Of a stretch of DNA of 49,435 nt, positions 47,347-49,435 are shown one piece after another (the stretch's first letter is position 1; the number at the start of each line of letters is the position of its first letter). A program made the position numbers and the translations under genes. The stretch comes from Chthoniobacteraceae bacterium (lineage in GTDB: Bacteria; Verrucomicrobiota; Verrucomicrobiia; Chthoniobacterales; Chthoniobacteraceae), in assembly GCA_031409655.1 (NCBI GenBank), contig JANNXQ010000009.1, positions 1 to 49,435 on the forward strand. Direction: 5' to 3'. Under the pieces are notes generated by a model, which worked only from the letters and a program-made list of their open reading frames with translations, had not been told where the DNA came from and made no database searches.

Positions 47347-48351
47347 TCATGCGTTTCTCCCTTCGAGAAAGGCGAACCAGTTCTTGGTCGCTTCCTTGAT
47401 CGACGCCGGGTCCCACACCGGCGCCTCACGCCAGTAGTCGATCACCTTGAGCATTTGCGCGACGCCGTCCTCGAAAGGCACATGCTGCTTCCAGCCGAGT
47501 TGCGTGGTGATCTTGGCGATGTCGGCCCAGGTGCATTCCGGTTCGCCAGGGCGCACCGGCAGGTGGATGACGGGGCCGCCGAGCAGCTCGACGAGCCGGT
47601 TCACGGGCTGCGGATTTCCCGCGCCGAGGTTGTAGATTTCGTTCACGCGGTCGGTGATCGCGGCGGCGTAGAAGGCGCGCGCCACATCCGTGACGAAGAG
47701 AAAATCGCGCCGCTGGGTCCCGTCGCCGACGACAGTGAAAGGCTGACCCGCGAGCTTCTGCGCGAGGAAGACGCCGAAGACCGCGCCATACGCGCCGCTG
47801 GTCTTCGAGCGCGTGCCGTAGGCGTTGAAGATGCGGATCGAGTTCACCGGCAAGCCATACACTTTGCCCCAGTGCAGCACGGCCTCCTCGCCCATGTATT
47901 TGCTGAGCGCGTAGGGATACTCGGTCGCGATCGGCGCATCCTCGCGCGTCGGCACCTTGGCGAGGCCGTAGCACGAAGACGACGCGGCATAGACGAGCTT
48001 CTTGACCTTCGCGTGCCGCGCGGCTTCGAGCACTTTCACGGTGCCCATGACGTTCGTCGAAAGGTAGTCCACCGGTTTGTCGATCGACGGCACGATGTCG
48101 CCGATGCCGGCAAAGTGGAAGACGAAGTCCGCGCCAGCAAAGAGCGCGTCGTCCGCCGACAATTCCCGGATGTCGCGCACCTCGACCGCCAGCCGCGCTT
48201 CGCCTTTCCGATGCGCCAGATTCTCCAGCCGACCACCGATCAGGCTGTCGATGACACGCACGTGGAAGCCCTCGTCGAGCAACACATCCACCATGTGACT
48301 GCCGATGAACCCTGCCCCGCCCGTGACGACTGCAAGTCGCGGCGCGCTCAC
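47347..48351 (-). CDS. NAD-dependent epimerase/dehydratase (UDP-glucose 4-epimerase-like)
   Basis: TGGAGFIGSH, AASSSCYG, YALSK, GDGTQRRDF; GTG 48351. Confidence 0.92.
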   Translation of the reverse strand: MSAPRLAVVTGGAGFIGSHMVDVLLDEGFHVRVIDSLIGGRLENLAHRKGEARLAVEVRDIRELSADDALFAGADFVFHFAGIGDIVPSIDKPVDYLSTNVMGTVKVLEAARHAKVKKLVYAASSSCYGLAKVPTREDAPIATEYPYALSKYMGEEAVLHWGKVYGLPVNSIRIFNAYGTRSKTSGAYGAVFGVFLAQKLAGQPFTVVGDGTQRRDFLFVTDVARAFYAAAITDRVNEIYNLGAGNPQPVNRLVELLGGPVIHLPVRPGEPECTWADIAKITTQLGWKQHVPFEDGVAQMLKVIDYWREAPVWDPASIKEATKNWFAFLEGRNA

Positions 48352-49349
48352 TTTAGGCCAAGCGCTTTGACCGTCTTCACGTTTACGTAGGACTCGTCCT
48401 TCATCGTGTCGGTCGGGAATTTCCCTGTCTTGAAGGCCGCACACAAATCGCGCGCCGCGTCCTCGATGTTCCGCTTCGGCGACCAGCCAAGCTTTTCCGT
48501 GATCTTGCGCGAAGTGATGCGGTAACTGCGCGGATCGTTGGTCGTCGTCTTCTCAATCTTGATCGGTGCCTTCTCGGGAAACTCCTGCTCTACGACTTTC
48601 TTCGCGATGTTCGCCAGTTCATTCACGGTCTGGTTTTCGAAGCCCGCGTTGAAAATCTCGCCCGCGATCTTTTCCGCCGGCATGGAGAGCAGTTCGCAGT
48701 AGAGCTCGCAGACGTCGTCGATGTGGATGTTCGGCCGCTGCTGATCGCCACCGAAGACGGTGATGAGGCCACGATGGTAGGCGTGATTGGTGAGGATATT
48801 GACGGTGAGATCGAAGCGCATCCGCGGCGAGTAGCCGCAGACCGTCGCGGGCCGGATCGTCACGCAGACGAAGTCCGGCGACTGATGCTTGAAGAGGAGC
48901 GGTTCGCAGAGGCCCTTGTACTTGTTGTAGTCCGTGAGCGGGACGAGCGGATGCTCCTCCGTGACTTCGGGCGAATCGCTGACGCCATAGACCGAACTGC
49001 TGGAGACATAGACAAACCGCTGCACCCCCGCCGCCTTGCTCGCGAGCACGAGTGGCTCGAAACACTCGAAATTGATCGTGCGCGAGAGCGACGGATCGAG
49101 ATCGAAACTCGGGTCATTCGAGATGCACGCCATATGGATCACGAACTCGCACCCTTTCACAGTCTCCGCGTAGAGGGCTAGGTCGCGGATGTCGCCCTTG
49201 ACCACCTTGAGATGCGGATGCTTCGGCAGCCCAGCGTCACCGAAGAGCATCAAGTCATAGACGACTACTCCATACCCGGCGGCGAGGAGCTTGGGTACGA
49301 GGACGCAGCCTTTGTAGCCAGCGCCGCCAGTCACGAGAACATTTTTCAT
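48348..49349 (-). CDS. NAD-dependent epimerase/dehydratase (extended SDR)
   Basis: TGGAGYKG, SSSSVYG, YNKYK, RPATVCG.SPRMRFDL. Confidence 0.92.
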   Translation of the reverse strand: MKNVLVTGGAGYKGCVLVPKLLAAGYGVVVYDLMLFGDAGLPKHPHLKVVKGDIRDLALYAETVKGCEFVIHMACISNDPSFDLDPSLSRTINFECFEPLVLASKAAGVQRFVYVSSSSVYGVSDSPEVTEEHPLVPLTDYNKYKGLCEPLLFKHQSPDFVCVTIRPATVCGYSPRMRFDLTVNILTNHAYHRGLITVFGGDQQRPNIHIDDVCELYCELLSMPAEKIAGEIFNAGFENQTVNELANIAKKVVEQEFPEKAPIKIEKTTTNDPRSYRITSRKITEKLGWSPKRNIEDAARDLCAAFKTGKFPTDTMKDESYVNVKTVKALGLK

Positions 49350-49435
49350 AGAAGGTATGGGGACGCTCCAGCAACTCCGAAGCCCGAGGGGATCTCGATG
49401 TTTTGGATGCGTCCGGGGACCGGAGCGGGGCGGAG

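Overview
High-GC bacterial DNA. Signal-peptide style, gene families and palindromic repeats suggest a Verrucomicrobia/Chthoniobacter-like organism (inference). Left to right: a DUF3592 membrane protein, a decayed small gene and a P-loop ATPase; a PerR/Fur-family regulator heading sufC-sufB-sufD; then a sugar-catabolism cluster (SDR, TIM-barrel isomerase, LysR, cupin, Gfo/Idh/MocA, DHDPS-like). That cluster is interrupted twice. The first interruption is a dead MmeI-type restriction-modification gene whose middle is replaced by an intact, oppositely oriented two-gene cassette (DUF6978-like + DUF1828/DUF1829-like), a candidate defence or toxin-antitoxin module. The second is a minus-strand block of secreted GH88/105 and FAD oxidoreductase genes. 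Next come a truncated beta-helix protein, a DUF2071/methyltransferase/DoxX group and a yjdM/IS3 deletion scar. From 27.9 kb to the end lies a minus-strand surface-glycan locus whose gene set recalls the Coxiella branched-sugar LPS region and includes several enzymes with non-canonical catalytic motifs. No rRNA, tRNA or CRISPR array was seen. All family calls come from motif recognition by eye, not from database searches.
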